DNA from: an uncultured Pseudomonadota bacterium
GTDB taxonomy: Bacteria; Oederibacteriota; Muellerivitia; Muellerivitales; Muellerivitaceae
Assembly (NCBI GenBank): GCA_963843375.1
Contig: CAWJKT010000001.1
Coordinates: 64,001 to 128,000, forward strand
DNA length: 64,000 nt
Reading direction: 5' to 3'
Shown here one piece after another: positions 49,871 to 59,916 of this stretch. The stretch's first letter is position 1. Each line of letters begins with the position of its first letter. The notes below the pieces were generated by a model that had not been told where the DNA came from, did not search any database, and saw nothing but the letters and a program-made list of their open reading frames with translations. A program made the position numbers and the translations under genes.

Positions 49871-49969
49871 GATCGATTCAAAATATAAAAAAACGGAAAA
49901 ACGGCAAAAGAAGGGACAGCCTGGTTCGTTTAAAGTATGGATCGTTGGGTGGGACTCTTGGGTTCCCCT

Positions 49970-50377
49970 TTAATCCAGATCCTCATTCTTCGGGATATCC
50001 TTTATCTCCCCCAGCGCCATCTTCACTGCCAAGACCAATTCCTGGTTGGTGAAGGGCTTCGCCAGGAAAGACGCCTTCTTGTTGCGCAGGTGCTGGCGAA
50101 CCAGCGGATCTTGAGGGGCGCCCGACATATAAAGGACTTTCAAGTTGGGATTGATGTCTTTCAGAAATGAAGCGTATTCACTGCCCGTTAAGCCCGGCAG
50201 GTTGATGTCGGCTAAGAGAAGGTCTACGATGCCGCCCTGCAGTCGGGCCATGGCGTTGGCAATCACCGAGTCCTCGGCGGGTATTACGGAATACCCATAA
50301 CTTTCCAGCACCTTCTTTACTATCAGTCTGAGAGCCGCATCGTCCTCGACCAAAAGGACGGTTTTGGAGGTCAACAT
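49970..50377 (-). CDS. single-domain response regulator
   Basis: LLVEDD, LLADINLPG, LYMSG, LAKPF. Confidence 0.9.
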   Translation of the reverse strand: MLTSKTVLLVEDDAALRLIVKKVLESYGYSVIPAEDSVIANAMARLQGGIVDLLLADINLPGLTGSEYASFLKDINPNLKVLYMSGAPQDPLVRQHLRNKKASFLAKPFTNQELVLAVKMALGEIKDIPKNEDLD

Positions 50378-50643
50378 CGGTTTTTCCTTTTGTCGCTTTT
50401 TATTGATGGGTAGCCTCGTGAAAGAGGCAAGCCGCCATGATCCATTTTAAAAGAGAAAAAGGTGATCGGGTTACTATTTCGCATTTTGGAAGGAATAAAA
50501 GTAATTTATCTTAATATCCCAGAGGGGTATGACTATAGGGGCCCTGAACTATTAAAATGGAGAGGAAAAGAACAGCCTTTTTTCAAAAAAGACGGGTCAA
50601 GCTAAACCCAGCGTTTTTCAAGATTAAAATTTAGGAGTCGCCG

Positions 50644-50997
50644 ATGCCCGAAATCAAAAAAGCCTATGTCACCATCATGGTCTCCGACCTGGACAAGGCC
50701 GTGGAGTTCTATAACGGGCTCTTGGGGCTCTATGAGGATCTGCGTTTTGGGGACAGTTGGGCGGAGATGGTCACCAAGGGCTTAACGGTTGGACTGCATC
50801 CCAAAAGACCGGGGGCCCATCCGGCACCCAAGGAAAACCATGTTTCCATCGGGTTCGAGGTGCAGGATCTTCGGAAAACCGCCAAGGAACTGGAGGAAAA
50901 GGGAATAGTCTTCCAATACCAGGAGAACGAGGTAAACCTGCTGGCTTTCTTCAAAGATCCGGATGGGACCCACCTTTACCTGACCCAGGTCCGTTAA
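50644..50997 (+). CDS. VOC/glyoxalase family protein
   Basis: VTIMVSDLDKAVEFY, IGFEVQDL, FFKDPDG; AGGAG RBS. Confidence 0.9.
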   Translation: MPEIKKAYVTIMVSDLDKAVEFYNGLLGLYEDLRFGDSWAEMVTKGLTVGLHPKRPGAHPAPKENHVSIGFEVQDLRKTAKELEEKGIVFQYQENEVNLLAFFKDPDGTHLYLTQVR

Positions 50998-51004
50998 GAC
51001 AAAT

Positions 51005-51601
51005 TTAAGGGGTGGGGTTGGGAGTGGGAGTGTTGAGGGAAAAAACAATGGGGGTCGTCATGATAACCGGAAAGGAATCCGTGGAAACCGTCCAGGTCAC
51101 CGGCAAGTTGGAAGTTGGAACCGCCACCGCTGAATAGGTGGAGCCAAGACAAACCACGTAGCATTCGACCTCCGGAGTCCTTTCATTCACCGAAATGTTC
51201 ACTTGGCCCGCTCCTTCGCAAACCCCGGTGATTGAAGTGATGAGGGTGGGGCAGCAAAGGGCGTTGGAGACAATGATCAACATATCCGTTGCGAAGTCTA
51301 CCGGCGCCGCGGGCGGCGAGGAAGAGCCGTAGAGGGCGTCCCAATCGGCTTGGGTGCGGATGATGGTGAACGGGGCGCCGCTTGAGGGATTGGTCTGGGG
51401 CACGTCATTGGGGTTGGCTCCGGATGGAAGCGCGGCGGCCACCAAGCCCGGGGCTCCGGAATAACAAGCCGGCGTGGAAGTGGCGGTGGGGGTCGGGGTG
51501 GCCACCATCGGGGAAAGAGGCCCGAGGTTATAGTTTTTTTGGCAAGCCAGCGGGAAAAGGGACGCTAAAATCACAGCCTCGAAAAGGAATGATTTTTTCA
51601 T
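51005..51601 (-). CDS. lipoprotein with PrcB-like C-terminal domain and Pro/Thr linker
   Basis: LFPLAC lipobox; TPTPTATSTP; IRTQADWDALY...PVDFATDMLIIV pattern. Confidence 0.65.
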   Translation of the reverse strand: MKKSFLFEAVILASLFPLACQKNYNLGPLSPMVATPTPTATSTPACYSGAPGLVAAALPSGANPNDVPQTNPSSGAPFTIIRTQADWDALYGSSSPPAAPVDFATDMLIIVSNALCCPTLITSITGVCEGAGQVNISVNERTPEVECYVVCLGSTYSAVAVPTSNLPVTWTVSTDSFPVIMTTPIVFSLNTPTPNPTP

Positions 51602-51765
51602 ATATTGCCCTGCCGTCCAAATATCGAAATAGGATATTCCCAATAGTACCACTGAATTAGTTTGTTTCCGCTCTTTTGATGGGCTCTTCTTGATATCCCC
51701 CTGAATTTGACTGTTTAATGCTATACGAAAAGCTTGTTTGATGAATCCAGGGAAAACAGGTACCT

Positions 51766-52743
51766 ATGCGTGTGATGGCGGCAAACCAATATGGGCCTTT
51801 GGAACAACTGCGGGTTTTGGAACTTCCAACGCCCGAACCGAGTCTGGGAGAGGTGCGGGTCGGGGTTTGCGCCTCGGCTTTGAATCCCGCCGACTTTAAA
51901 GTGATTCTGGGGATGATGAAATTCCTTCATGGGCGCAATTTTCCCCTGGTGGTGGGCTATGATTTTTCCGGAACTGTCGAAGCGGTGGGTCCCGGAGTGG
52001 GGCAGTTGAAAACCGGCGACGAAGTTTTCGGTTTCCTGCCATATGGCATGGCCAACCGTCAGGGGGCCTTCGCGGAAACCCTCATTGCCAAGGTCGATGA
52101 GCTGGCCCTGAAACCTTCCGGTGTCTCCCATATCCAGGCCGCCGCCGCAGCGACCCCGGGGCTTTCCGCCATTCAATCCCTGAGGGACTTGGGCCGACTT
52201 GGAAATCCGGGTACCCGGGTCCTCATCACAGGAGTGTCCGGCGGGGTGGGTTCCATCGCCATCGGAATCGCCCGGAAGTTGGGAGCTTCGGTAACCGCCG
52301 TGGGTTCGGGCAAGGGGATCGAACTGGCCCACCGGTTGGGCGCTGAAACGGTGATCGATCGTAAAACTTCGGATCCCATTTCAACGGCCCGAGGTCCTTT
52401 CGACGTCGTTTTCGACTCGGCGGCGGGATACCGTTGGAGCCAGTGGAGAGCTCAACTGAAACCGGGAGGAACCTATATCACCACCCTTCCTTCGCTTACA
52501 TTCGGGGTGGATTTGATTAAGAGCCTTTTTTCCCCGATCCGCGCCAAATTTCTGATAGTAAAATCAAAGGCGGCGGACCTAGAGTTGCTCGGGAATTGGC
52601 TGGCGGGTGGACTGGAGGTTCCCTTGGACTCTACAATTCCGGTCCGGGACGTCGCCAAAGGCTTGGCACGACTGAAAGCTGGCGAGGTCTTGGGGCGAAT
52701 TTCCGTTGATATCCCAAATCAATTTGGAAGCAAAGAAAATTAA
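51766..52743 (+). CDS. NAD(P)-dependent MDR-family oxidoreductase (quinone reductase-like)
   Basis: ALNPAD, GYDFSGTV, GDEVFG, GAFAE, ITGVSGGVG. Confidence 0.92.
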   Translation: MRVMAANQYGPLEQLRVLELPTPEPSLGEVRVGVCASALNPADFKVILGMMKFLHGRNFPLVVGYDFSGTVEAVGPGVGQLKTGDEVFGFLPYGMANRQGAFAETLIAKVDELALKPSGVSHIQAAAAATPGLSAIQSLRDLGRLGNPGTRVLITGVSGGVGSIAIGIARKLGASVTAVGSGKGIELAHRLGAETVIDRKTSDPISTARGPFDVVFDSAAGYRWSQWRAQLKPGGTYITTLPSLTFGVDLIKSLFSPIRAKFLIVKSKAADLELLGNWLAGGLEVPLDSTIPVRDVAKGLARLKAGEVLGRISVDIPNQFGSKEN

Positions 52744-52769
52744 AATTTGATTCTGGAATCAAAAGCCCA

Positions 52770-52827
52770 GAGGTAAGCCCCAAAGCCCCCCGCTCTTTTA
52801 TTTTGGGGGAATTTTTGGGCTTACCTC
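52770..52827. terminator. long imperfect inverted repeat after the oxidoreductase (terminator-like)
   Basis: GAGGTAAGCCC...GGGCTTACCTC arms with inner CCCCCC/GGGGG pairing. Confidence 0.45.
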
Positions 52828-52888
52828 CCGTCTCAAATAAGTCCAAAGATAAAGTTTAATTCAAACATCGGCCATACCTTGAAGTAAA

Positions 52889-53956
52889 ATGCTGCCCCGT
52901 GGACATAGCCCTGACGGAAAATTAAAAAGGGGAAGAAAGAATATCGCGATGAGCGTTCAACATCACTTGATACAAGACCTTTATCGAGGGGTTTTTGTTT
53001 TGGCTTTGACTCTCTGGCCGATAAGGGTTTTTGCTTTGGATTTCAACCCCGACGCCTCGCGCGTGGTTTCAGATCCCGCCTACCTGCCCTTGGAAGCCCA
53101 GGTTTTTTGCACCACCGAATACAGTTACGGCAATACTAATTTGAACACCAACAATTACCTGGGCACCCCGCTAAGTTCCAATAACACGGTATCCTGCACC
53201 ATTTTCCAGATGCTGGAGTACGGCTTCACCCGGGATTTATCCCTTAGGGTCAACGGTTTTTTTCAACTGCTTGCGGGAACCAATACCACCGATTCCGGAG
53301 CGAGCACGCTCACCACCTCGGATGGATGGGGTGACCCGACTTTCGAAGCGGTTTGGCGCTTTCTGGACGAGAAGGAACATCCCTTAAGTTGGGATCTGAT
53401 CGGTTCCTGCGCCCCTAGCCTGATCAGCGCCCAATCGGCGACCCCCGACCTGAACGGAACGGTGGCCCGCGGGGGATCAACCGAGGCCCTAGGCACAGCG
53501 CTCAGTTTTAAAACAAAAAGTTTTACGATCTATGGGGAATTTAACGCCGTTTATTTGGATGACCGGAACGTCTTAAATCAGACGAACAACATCACCACCA
53601 CGTACGATTCCACTTGGCAGTATGACCTTTATTTCACCACCCAAACCCGGTTTATCGACTCCTTATCCCTCAACGCGGGCGTGTCCCAAACTTTCAACCA
53701 GGCCGCCAATGCCACTTTTACCAATGTCAATGGCGATCTCATCAACTTCGTCTACCAGCCCGGCAACATCACCACGCTGATCGCGGCACTGAATTACCAA
53801 GTGACCCCCAACCGGTTCGTGGCGTCGTTGATCTATTCTCATGACTTCTATGGAAACGGGGGCAACACCGACCAGACTTTTCCGAAAACCGATACCGCGA
53901 TCACCGACCGAAACGATGATATCTACAGCGCCGAAGTTCGATATGTTTTTAATTAA
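52889..53956 (+). CDS. probable outer-membrane beta-barrel protein (start likely near 52949)
   Basis: Signal-like segment, LEYGFT and GWGDP motifs, C-terminal AEVRYVFN. Confidence 0.65.
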   Translation: MLPRGHSPDGKLKRGRKNIAMSVQHHLIQDLYRGVFVLALTLWPIRVFALDFNPDASRVVSDPAYLPLEAQVFCTTEYSYGNTNLNTNNYLGTPLSSNNTVSCTIFQMLEYGFTRDLSLRVNGFFQLLAGTNTTDSGASTLTTSDGWGDPTFEAVWRFLDEKEHPLSWDLIGSCAPSLISAQSATPDLNGTVARGGSTEALGTALSFKTKSFTIYGEFNAVYLDDRNVLNQTNNITTTYDSTWQYDLYFTTQTRFIDSLSLNAGVSQTFNQAANATFTNVNGDLINFVYQPGNITTLIAALNYQVTPNRFVASLIYSHDFYGNGGNTDQTFPKTDTAITDRNDDIYSAEVRYVFN

Positions 53957-54036
53957 AAGAATCCTGAATAAGCATTCTGTTTAAAAAATTCAGGAAGGTC
54001 CTTGTTTTTTAAGTTTTAGGGAAAGCGAGTTCGCGT

Positions 54037-54861
54037 TTGATTCAAGAATTGAAAGATTTATTTTCAGGCCCTTATCCCGTCCGGACTCTCTTTTTGGGGT
54101 TCGTCCAAGCCTTGAGGATCGGAAGCTATAAAAAACTTCTGGATTCAGGCGTTTTGGCGCGGCCCTATTACGGTTACAGCGTCTATAAAGCGGCCCAGTT
54201 GGCCCAGCGGTTGGGGCTCAAAAGAATCAGCGTGATTGAGTTCGGAGTGGCAGGCGGCAATGGGCTCGTCAATTTGGAGTGGCACGCAAAGAAAATCTCC
54301 AAATTATTCGGCGTTGAAATCGAAATTTATGGTTTTGACAGCGGCGAGGGATTGCCCGCTCCCGCCGACTACAGGGATTTGCCCTACCACTGGAAAAAGG
54401 GTTCTTACAAAATGGACGTGCCGAAATTAAAATCGCGGTTAAAAAAGGCCCGGTTGGTTTTGGGCGATGTCTCCACAACGGTTAAAAGTTTTTTCGCGGA
54501 ATTTAATCCGGCCCCTATTGGCGCGATATCGTTTGATTTGGATTTTTATTCTTCCACGAAGATAGCGCTGCGAATCTTCGAGGCCGATGAAAAGTTTTAC
54601 TTGCCGAGGGTTTATTCCTATTTCGACGATACGATCGGGGAAGAGGAATTATTCAACGAATTCACCGGGGAAAGGCTCGCCATCCAAGAATTCAACCAAG
54701 AACACGAAACCATGAAATTGGGTTTCGTGAATCATTTTTTGGCAGAAGGGACGCCTAAATCCTGGTTTTATAAAATATGGGTTTGCCACATGTTCCGGCA
54801 CAGCCAATACAATGTTTATGTGGGAGAGGACCGGGTGGATCCCTTGGGGCTGCGGCTTTAA
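54037..54861 (+). CDS. TylF/MycF-like O-methyltransferase-fold protein
   Basis: IEFGVAGGNG, YGFDSGEGLP, FDLDFYSST, YFDD motifs. Confidence 0.65.
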   Translation: MIQELKDLFSGPYPVRTLFLGFVQALRIGSYKKLLDSGVLARPYYGYSVYKAAQLAQRLGLKRISVIEFGVAGGNGLVNLEWHAKKISKLFGVEIEIYGFDSGEGLPAPADYRDLPYHWKKGSYKMDVPKLKSRLKKARLVLGDVSTTVKSFFAEFNPAPIGAISFDLDFYSSTKIALRIFEADEKFYLPRVYSYFDDTIGEEELFNEFTGERLAIQEFNQEHETMKLGFVNHFLAEGTPKSWFYKIWVCHMFRHSQYNVYVGEDRVDPLGLRL

Positions 54862-54872
54862 CGGGGTCCGGA

Positions 54873-55244
54873 TTAAACGATCTTGCAGGGGACCATTTCG
54901 TCCTCGTCGAAGGTATAAACAGCGCAGAGACGGTGATAACCGTCGGCGATGACCACCTTCCCGTTTTGCGGGTCCCGGACCAACAGGAGCGGCGAGAGAG
55001 CTTTCCCATCCTTTATTTTTTGCTGGTCCTTGGTGATGTGAGAGTTGCTGATGCCCAACAGCGACAGCCCCGAGGCCCGGAAGATGTCCTTGGCCTTGAA
55101 CTGGATCACTTTGGCGTCCCTGAGTTTCTTTACCAAGCCGATGGTTTCGGTCTCGGTATGCAGAAGGCCCAAATAGGATTGGGCCGCAGGATAGTCCTTG
55201 TCCTCTGGCTCGGGAAGCCATTTGATTTCCGGATTGTCGCTCAT
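54873..55244 (-). CDS. small stand-alone ParB/Srx-like domain protein
   Basis: PLLLVR...VIADGYHRLCA motif; ATG 55244 with AGGAGG RBS. Confidence 0.65.
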   Translation of the reverse strand: MSDNPEIKWLPEPEDKDYPAAQSYLGLLHTETETIGLVKKLRDAKVIQFKAKDIFRASGLSLLGISNSHITKDQQKIKDGKALSPLLLVRDPQNGKVVIADGYHRLCAVYTFDEDEMVPCKIV

Positions 55245-55283
55245 GTGTGTCCTCCTGAAAGTCGCCCCATTATGGCTCAAAAT

Positions 55284-56645
55284 TCAGGGAAAGGTTACAT
55301 CCGTCGGATTTGTGGAATTTGGGGTCGGGTCCATATTCTGCAAAATCTGGGCGTTGGTGGGGTTATTCCCCCCGTCCGGCGGCTGGCCGACGTTTGAATT
55401 GGCCTGATCCGCGTCGAAGGCGCCGGGATTATAGGGAGTTCCCTGGCTGTCGAACATATCAAAGGACCCGTCATTGAGTTTTAAAACAATCTCCAAGGGC
55501 CTGCCGTTTCCATTGTCGGAAAACTGGACACTTTGAACTCCCGAGGCTAGGTAAAGGGGATCAAAGGATGGCCGAGCGGCCGTATCGTACAAGAAGGCGT
55601 CCTGGCTGTCGGCTGATACCTTCACTTGACGGGTGCCATCCGGGCTGGTGTAAACCTGCTGGCCGCTTTCGTCCTGGGCGGTCACGATGATCTGGTCCTC
55701 CCCCGAGTTGCAGGGAATATAGTTGTCGTTGTTATAGCAGTATAAATCCCCCACGTGATAGGGGTCCTGCCACCACCAGAAGCCGTTATTCCAAAAGCAC
55801 CAGCGGTTAAAATCGGAGTCATACCACCACCAACGGCCCCCAAAGTTGCGGGTCCAAAAATATTGGTTTCCCACGTACCAGCCGTACCAGTTGTAGCCCG
55901 AATTGTCCCGATAGTGGCAAAAGTTGAAGCCCTCGTCCTTATGCCAATAGTAATGGCCCGCCTGGTTTTCACTGGCGTTCAATTGATTGGCGCGGGCCTG
56001 CCATTGGGGGCTGTCCCCGATGGCCATCTGATCGCGAACCACCCCGTCGTTAAAATTCCGGGGTGAAACCGGGGTGGCGTTAAGGGCCTCCTGGTCGGGC
56101 CCCTTAACGGGGAAAGTAATCGTGGAATGGGCCCGGTCGGTTTCCATCATTTCCGAACGGTCCGTAATGAGGCTGGGTTCGGATTGGACGCCCAGCTTTT
56201 GCAATTTCTGACGCACATAGCCCTGAGTATAGGGATGGTGATGAACCGCTACCGCCGCTTTCACTCCGGGCCTGGAATAAACCTGGACCCTTGGCCTGGG
56301 GGATTGGGAAGCCGATATAACACCCTCACCTGTAACCGGCGGGGCCGCGGAGGGGGACGGACGATTGTCGGTGGGATTATTCCAATGCAATTGACCGTAA
56401 GAGGGTTGACGGTTCGCCGGTGGTCTGTTGGTTTGGGATTGCTGGGAGGGAAAATGACGGTTGTGCCCGCCGCTGGTACCACTGCCCATATTGATAACCA
56501 CAGGCTGATGTACCATGATCGGCTGTTGTCGGCTGACCATCGGCAATCGTATCACGCCCCCGCTGTCCCGTCCCTCACTCCAAGCGTTGAATCCCGGGAG
56601 AAGTAAAAGCGCCCCGAATAAAACCAGCAATTTTTTCATGGTCAT
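55284..56645 (-). CDS. secreted hypothetical protein with a Trp/Tyr-rich region
   Basis: Signal peptide MKKLLVLFGALLLL; low-complexity N-terminal region; YYWH...WYGWY...RWWWYD...FWWWQDP. Confidence 0.75.
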   Translation of the reverse strand: MTMKKLLVLFGALLLLPGFNAWSEGRDSGGVIRLPMVSRQQPIMVHQPVVINMGSGTSGGHNRHFPSQQSQTNRPPANRQPSYGQLHWNNPTDNRPSPSAAPPVTGEGVISASQSPRPRVQVYSRPGVKAAVAVHHHPYTQGYVRQKLQKLGVQSEPSLITDRSEMMETDRAHSTITFPVKGPDQEALNATPVSPRNFNDGVVRDQMAIGDSPQWQARANQLNASENQAGHYYWHKDEGFNFCHYRDNSGYNWYGWYVGNQYFWTRNFGGRWWWYDSDFNRWCFWNNGFWWWQDPYHVGDLYCYNNDNYIPCNSGEDQIIVTAQDESGQQVYTSPDGTRQVKVSADSQDAFLYDTAARPSFDPLYLASGVQSVQFSDNGNGRPLEIVLKLNDGSFDMFDSQGTPYNPGAFDADQANSNVGQPPDGGNNPTNAQILQNMDPTPNSTNPTDVTFP

Positions 56646-56876
56646 GTCTCTTTCAAGAAAAAGGAAATTGTTCCAGCGATTTAGCATTTAGACGCCGCTG
56701 GGGTACGGAACGGCACGTTTATTCAACCCCGGTACTACGCCCTGAGGAGCACCCCTTCCGATTGAGAATAATAAAAAAGGGTTGAGAACGTTATAATAAA
56801 AAGACTTCATTCCCGTACCCGGTCGAACGGAACCAGGGAAATCCTTTTTGGAACTAACTTAGCCAGGCAGGTTTGC

Positions 56877-59024
56877 TTGTTTTTATCCTCCCGCCCCTCC
56901 ATTCCATTCCTTCTTCCCGGCTTGGCCCTGGCTTTGGGAGCCCTGGCCCAAGTATCCATTGCCCTTTCGCCCCAGCCCCCCAGCCTCAAACTTTGGCTGC
57001 TTTATTTCGCTGCGGCCCTCCTGTTCGCCCAGACCCTCCCCTCTTCCACCCCCGCTCCCCCGCTTTCCGGGAGAAATGAGCGGGTTCTTTTCATATTCTT
57101 GATGGCCTTGGCGACTTTTTACCGGATATACCGGCTTGGGTCCCTTCCCCCGGGTCTCTTCGTGGACCAAGGTTTCGAGGGCTGGTCGGCCATGCGCATC
57201 CTCCACGAGGGTTACCGGCCCTGGTGGGAATATGACGTCTTCCAGAACCCGGCCCTACTGCTATACCAATTGGCGGGGTGGTTCTATTTTGTTCCAGCGG
57301 GGCGATTCACCTTTCTGCTTTTCTTCGCCCTTTTATCCCTCGCGACCCTGCCCTTGGTTTATGGGACTTTCCGCCAACTGGCCGGGCCCCGGACCGCCCT
57401 TTGCGCCCTTTTTTTCCTGTCGGTGATGCGCTGGAACGTGAACTTCAGCCGCAACGGATTCCCGACTTTGCAGGTTCCTTTCTATATCTTCGGCACACTG
57501 GCCTTCCTTCTTCTGGGCTTAAGGACGGGCAAGCGCTGGGCCTTTATCCTCGCCGCTTGTTTTTTCGGCATTGGTTTTTACACTTACCAGTCCTACCAGG
57601 CTTTTCCCTTTTGGCTTTTGTTTTTGGGCTTTTACGGCGTCCTCCGGTACCATCGGCTGCTCCAACAGTATTGGAAGCACCTGCTGGGGTTCCTTGCCCT
57701 TGGAAGCCTTCTGTTGCTCCCCTTCCTTTGGCACAGTCTGGCCCTGCGAGGTCTCGGCTCCCGTGAAGCCGAAGTTTCCATCTTGTCGAGGGTCAAACAG
57801 GCGGGGAACTGGTCGCCCCTTTGGGAAAACCTCGGCAAAACGGCCATGATGTTCCATTGGCGAGGGGATGTCTTTTCCCGGCACAACCTGCCCCTGCACC
57901 GGATGCTGGACGATGGCACGGGAATCCTTTTTCTCTTTGGGGCCGTCATGGCTTTGTGGACGCCCTGGAGGAAGGTTTCCTTTTTCGCCCTGACGGGTTT
58001 TTTCGCCATGAGCCTGCCCGGAGTGCTTTCTATCAACCCCGCTCACGCCAACCGCTTGCTGGGCTTGACTCCACTGGTGGCCCTCCTGGCGGCCTTGCCC
58101 ACCTGCGCCCTTTGGGAAAGGATCGAGGGAGCGGAAGGCCGGGGCCGGAAATTTTTACTTTTCACGGCTGCGGCACTGGCGCTCACCGTCATCGGCTGGC
58201 AAAATTTCGACCTTTATTTCCATCGCCAAGCCGCCGACACGGATACCTTCGATCAATACGAATCCCATGAAACTTTCGTGGGACAAAAAACGGCGCAATA
58301 TGGCGAGGACTACGACCTCTATTTCTCACCCTACTACGACATGATCTATACCCTTCGATTCCTCAGTTATTACCAACGCGACCATTTCCACTTATTGAAG
58401 GTGCCCGAGGACTTGGCCTGCCTGGCGGGGCAGGGAAATAGGGGAAAAGGTTTTTTTCTCGAACCGGATCGGGAGGGACTTTACGCGCTCCTCAAAAGCC
58501 TTTACCCGGGGGGGCGGGTGGAGAATTTTCTAAACCCGAAGGGCGAGTTGGCCATGCGCCTTTACCTGGTGTCACCTGAGGAATTGGCTTCCAAAAGGGG
58601 CCTGTCCCTGCGCCGGCTGGTTCCCCGAGGACTGAAGGGCTTCTACTATGACGACCCAACTGGACTTGGTCCCCCGGCCCTGGTCCATGCAGACCCGCTT
58701 CTGAATTTTTCCAATGAGGGGAGTTTTCCCTCCAAGAGCCCCTTGATCCGGTGGGAGGGGACCCTGAAAGCCCCCCGAACGGGCACCTACGCCTTTTGGT
58801 TAAGTACTTGGAGTGAAGCCACCCTCTTCCTGGATGGGAAAATACGATGCGACGCGGAAAAAGAGGAAGCCACTTGCTTCCTCGCCGCGGGCGTCCATTC
58901 CATCCGGGTAGTTTTCCGGCACCCGGAAATCAGTGAAGCTTGGTGCTTGAACTTATATTGGTGGAAACCCGGCGCCCCGCGGGAAGAAATCATCCCCAAT
59001 GGGGCTTTTGGGGTCCTGCCGTAA
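56877..59024 (+). CDS. GT-C (GT39/PMT-ArnT-like) membrane glycosyltransferase with C-terminal PA14 domain
   Basis: RIYRLGSLPPGLFVDQ loop, many TM helices, FYTYQS; C-terminal IRWEGTLKAPRTGTYAF...LFLDG...GVHSIRV (PA14-like). Confidence 0.85.
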   Translation: MFLSSRPSIPFLLPGLALALGALAQVSIALSPQPPSLKLWLLYFAAALLFAQTLPSSTPAPPLSGRNERVLFIFLMALATFYRIYRLGSLPPGLFVDQGFEGWSAMRILHEGYRPWWEYDVFQNPALLLYQLAGWFYFVPAGRFTFLLFFALLSLATLPLVYGTFRQLAGPRTALCALFFLSVMRWNVNFSRNGFPTLQVPFYIFGTLAFLLLGLRTGKRWAFILAACFFGIGFYTYQSYQAFPFWLLFLGFYGVLRYHRLLQQYWKHLLGFLALGSLLLLPFLWHSLALRGLGSREAEVSILSRVKQAGNWSPLWENLGKTAMMFHWRGDVFSRHNLPLHRMLDDGTGILFLFGAVMALWTPWRKVSFFALTGFFAMSLPGVLSINPAHANRLLGLTPLVALLAALPTCALWERIEGAEGRGRKFLLFTAAALALTVIGWQNFDLYFHRQAADTDTFDQYESHETFVGQKTAQYGEDYDLYFSPYYDMIYTLRFLSYYQRDHFHLLKVPEDLACLAGQGNRGKGFFLEPDREGLYALLKSLYPGGRVENFLNPKGELAMRLYLVSPEELASKRGLSLRRLVPRGLKGFYYDDPTGLGPPALVHADPLLNFSNEGSFPSKSPLIRWEGTLKAPRTGTYAFWLSTWSEATLFLDGKIRCDAEKEEATCFLAAGVHSIRVVFRHPEISEAWCLNLYWWKPGAPREEIIPNGAFGVLP

Positions 59025-59079
59025 AAACCGGGCGATTCGGGGGGATGAAAATCGAAGGGGTACGAACCTTCGCTTTCGG

Positions 59080-59751
59080 TCATTTATCCGCCGGCTCCAG
59101 CTTGACCGTCCCGTCGGGAAGGCGGCGGGGCACCATGATTTGATAGTCCTCCACCCAAGAAAAGTGAAACAGCCCCTGGCGAAGGGTGAGTTGCACCAGG
59201 CTGCCATTATCGACGGAATAATAAAAATCCTGGGGCGTCAGCAATTCGGCGTTTTCGCCGCTTTCGTCCCAGTCATGGAAATAAATCATATGGGCCATGG
59301 GATTGATCCCCTCCTTGATGCTTCCGCCAAAGCGGGAGATTTTTTTATCCGTGACCACGATGACGCGGGTTTCGGGATCGGAGAAATCAAGCAAACCATT
59401 GGCCAATTGAAGGCTGAATCGGAGAAAAAAGCCCAGCAAGCAGCTGAAAAATAAAAAGAAAAACGCCACCACGAAAAAAGGAATCTGTTCCTTCAAGGCG
59501 CTCCTGATCAATTTCCGAAAGATCCAATAACAAAGGAGGATCGCGAATATTGCGCAAAACCAGTCCACCTTGAGAAAATCCGTATGCCGAACGAGCCGGA
59601 AATAAATGCCGCAAAGGAAATATTCCCCGATCACCAGGGCGATAAAAAGGGCGAATAATTCTAAAAGGAAGTAAAAACGGCTGATTTGCATGGGGTGAAA
59701 CTCCCTTCCTTTCGAATTGGATCGCTGTGGAAAAAGAAGTCCGATCCTCAT
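59080..59751 (-). CDS. hypothetical membrane protein
   Basis: Three hydrophobic segments, then NGLLDFS...QGLFHFSW soluble domain; start possibly ATG 59691. Confidence 0.65.
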   Translation of the reverse strand: MRIGLLFPQRSNSKGREFHPMQISRFYFLLELFALFIALVIGEYFLCGIYFRLVRHTDFLKVDWFCAIFAILLCYWIFRKLIRSALKEQIPFFVVAFFFLFFSCLLGFFLRFSLQLANGLLDFSDPETRVIVVTDKKISRFGGSIKEGINPMAHMIYFHDWDESGENAELLTPQDFYYSVDNGSLVQLTLRQGLFHFSWVEDYQIMVPRRLPDGTVKLEPADK

Positions 59752-59916
59752 TATCTCTATTGACCTGGATAAAATGAAACCAACTTGGTTTGTTCGATAA
59801 ACCCATTTGGGCCGAAAAAACTCGATCTCGTAAAAGCCCGGAATCCGAGCGGGGATTCATGTTATTATTATGAAATCTATGATATTGAAGCCCAGGGGTG
59901 AACCCCTGGTTATTGA

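Noticed and set aside
50408..50436. GCCTC-GTGAAA-GAGGC hairpin as a c-di-GMP-I riboswitch
   Set aside because: Only one small hairpin; the GCAAA-led second stem and tetraloop receptor are absent.
59892..59909. Palindrome CCAGGGGTGAACCCCTGG between divergent genes
   Set aside because: A single short hairpin with no T-tract or second copy; no function can be supported.
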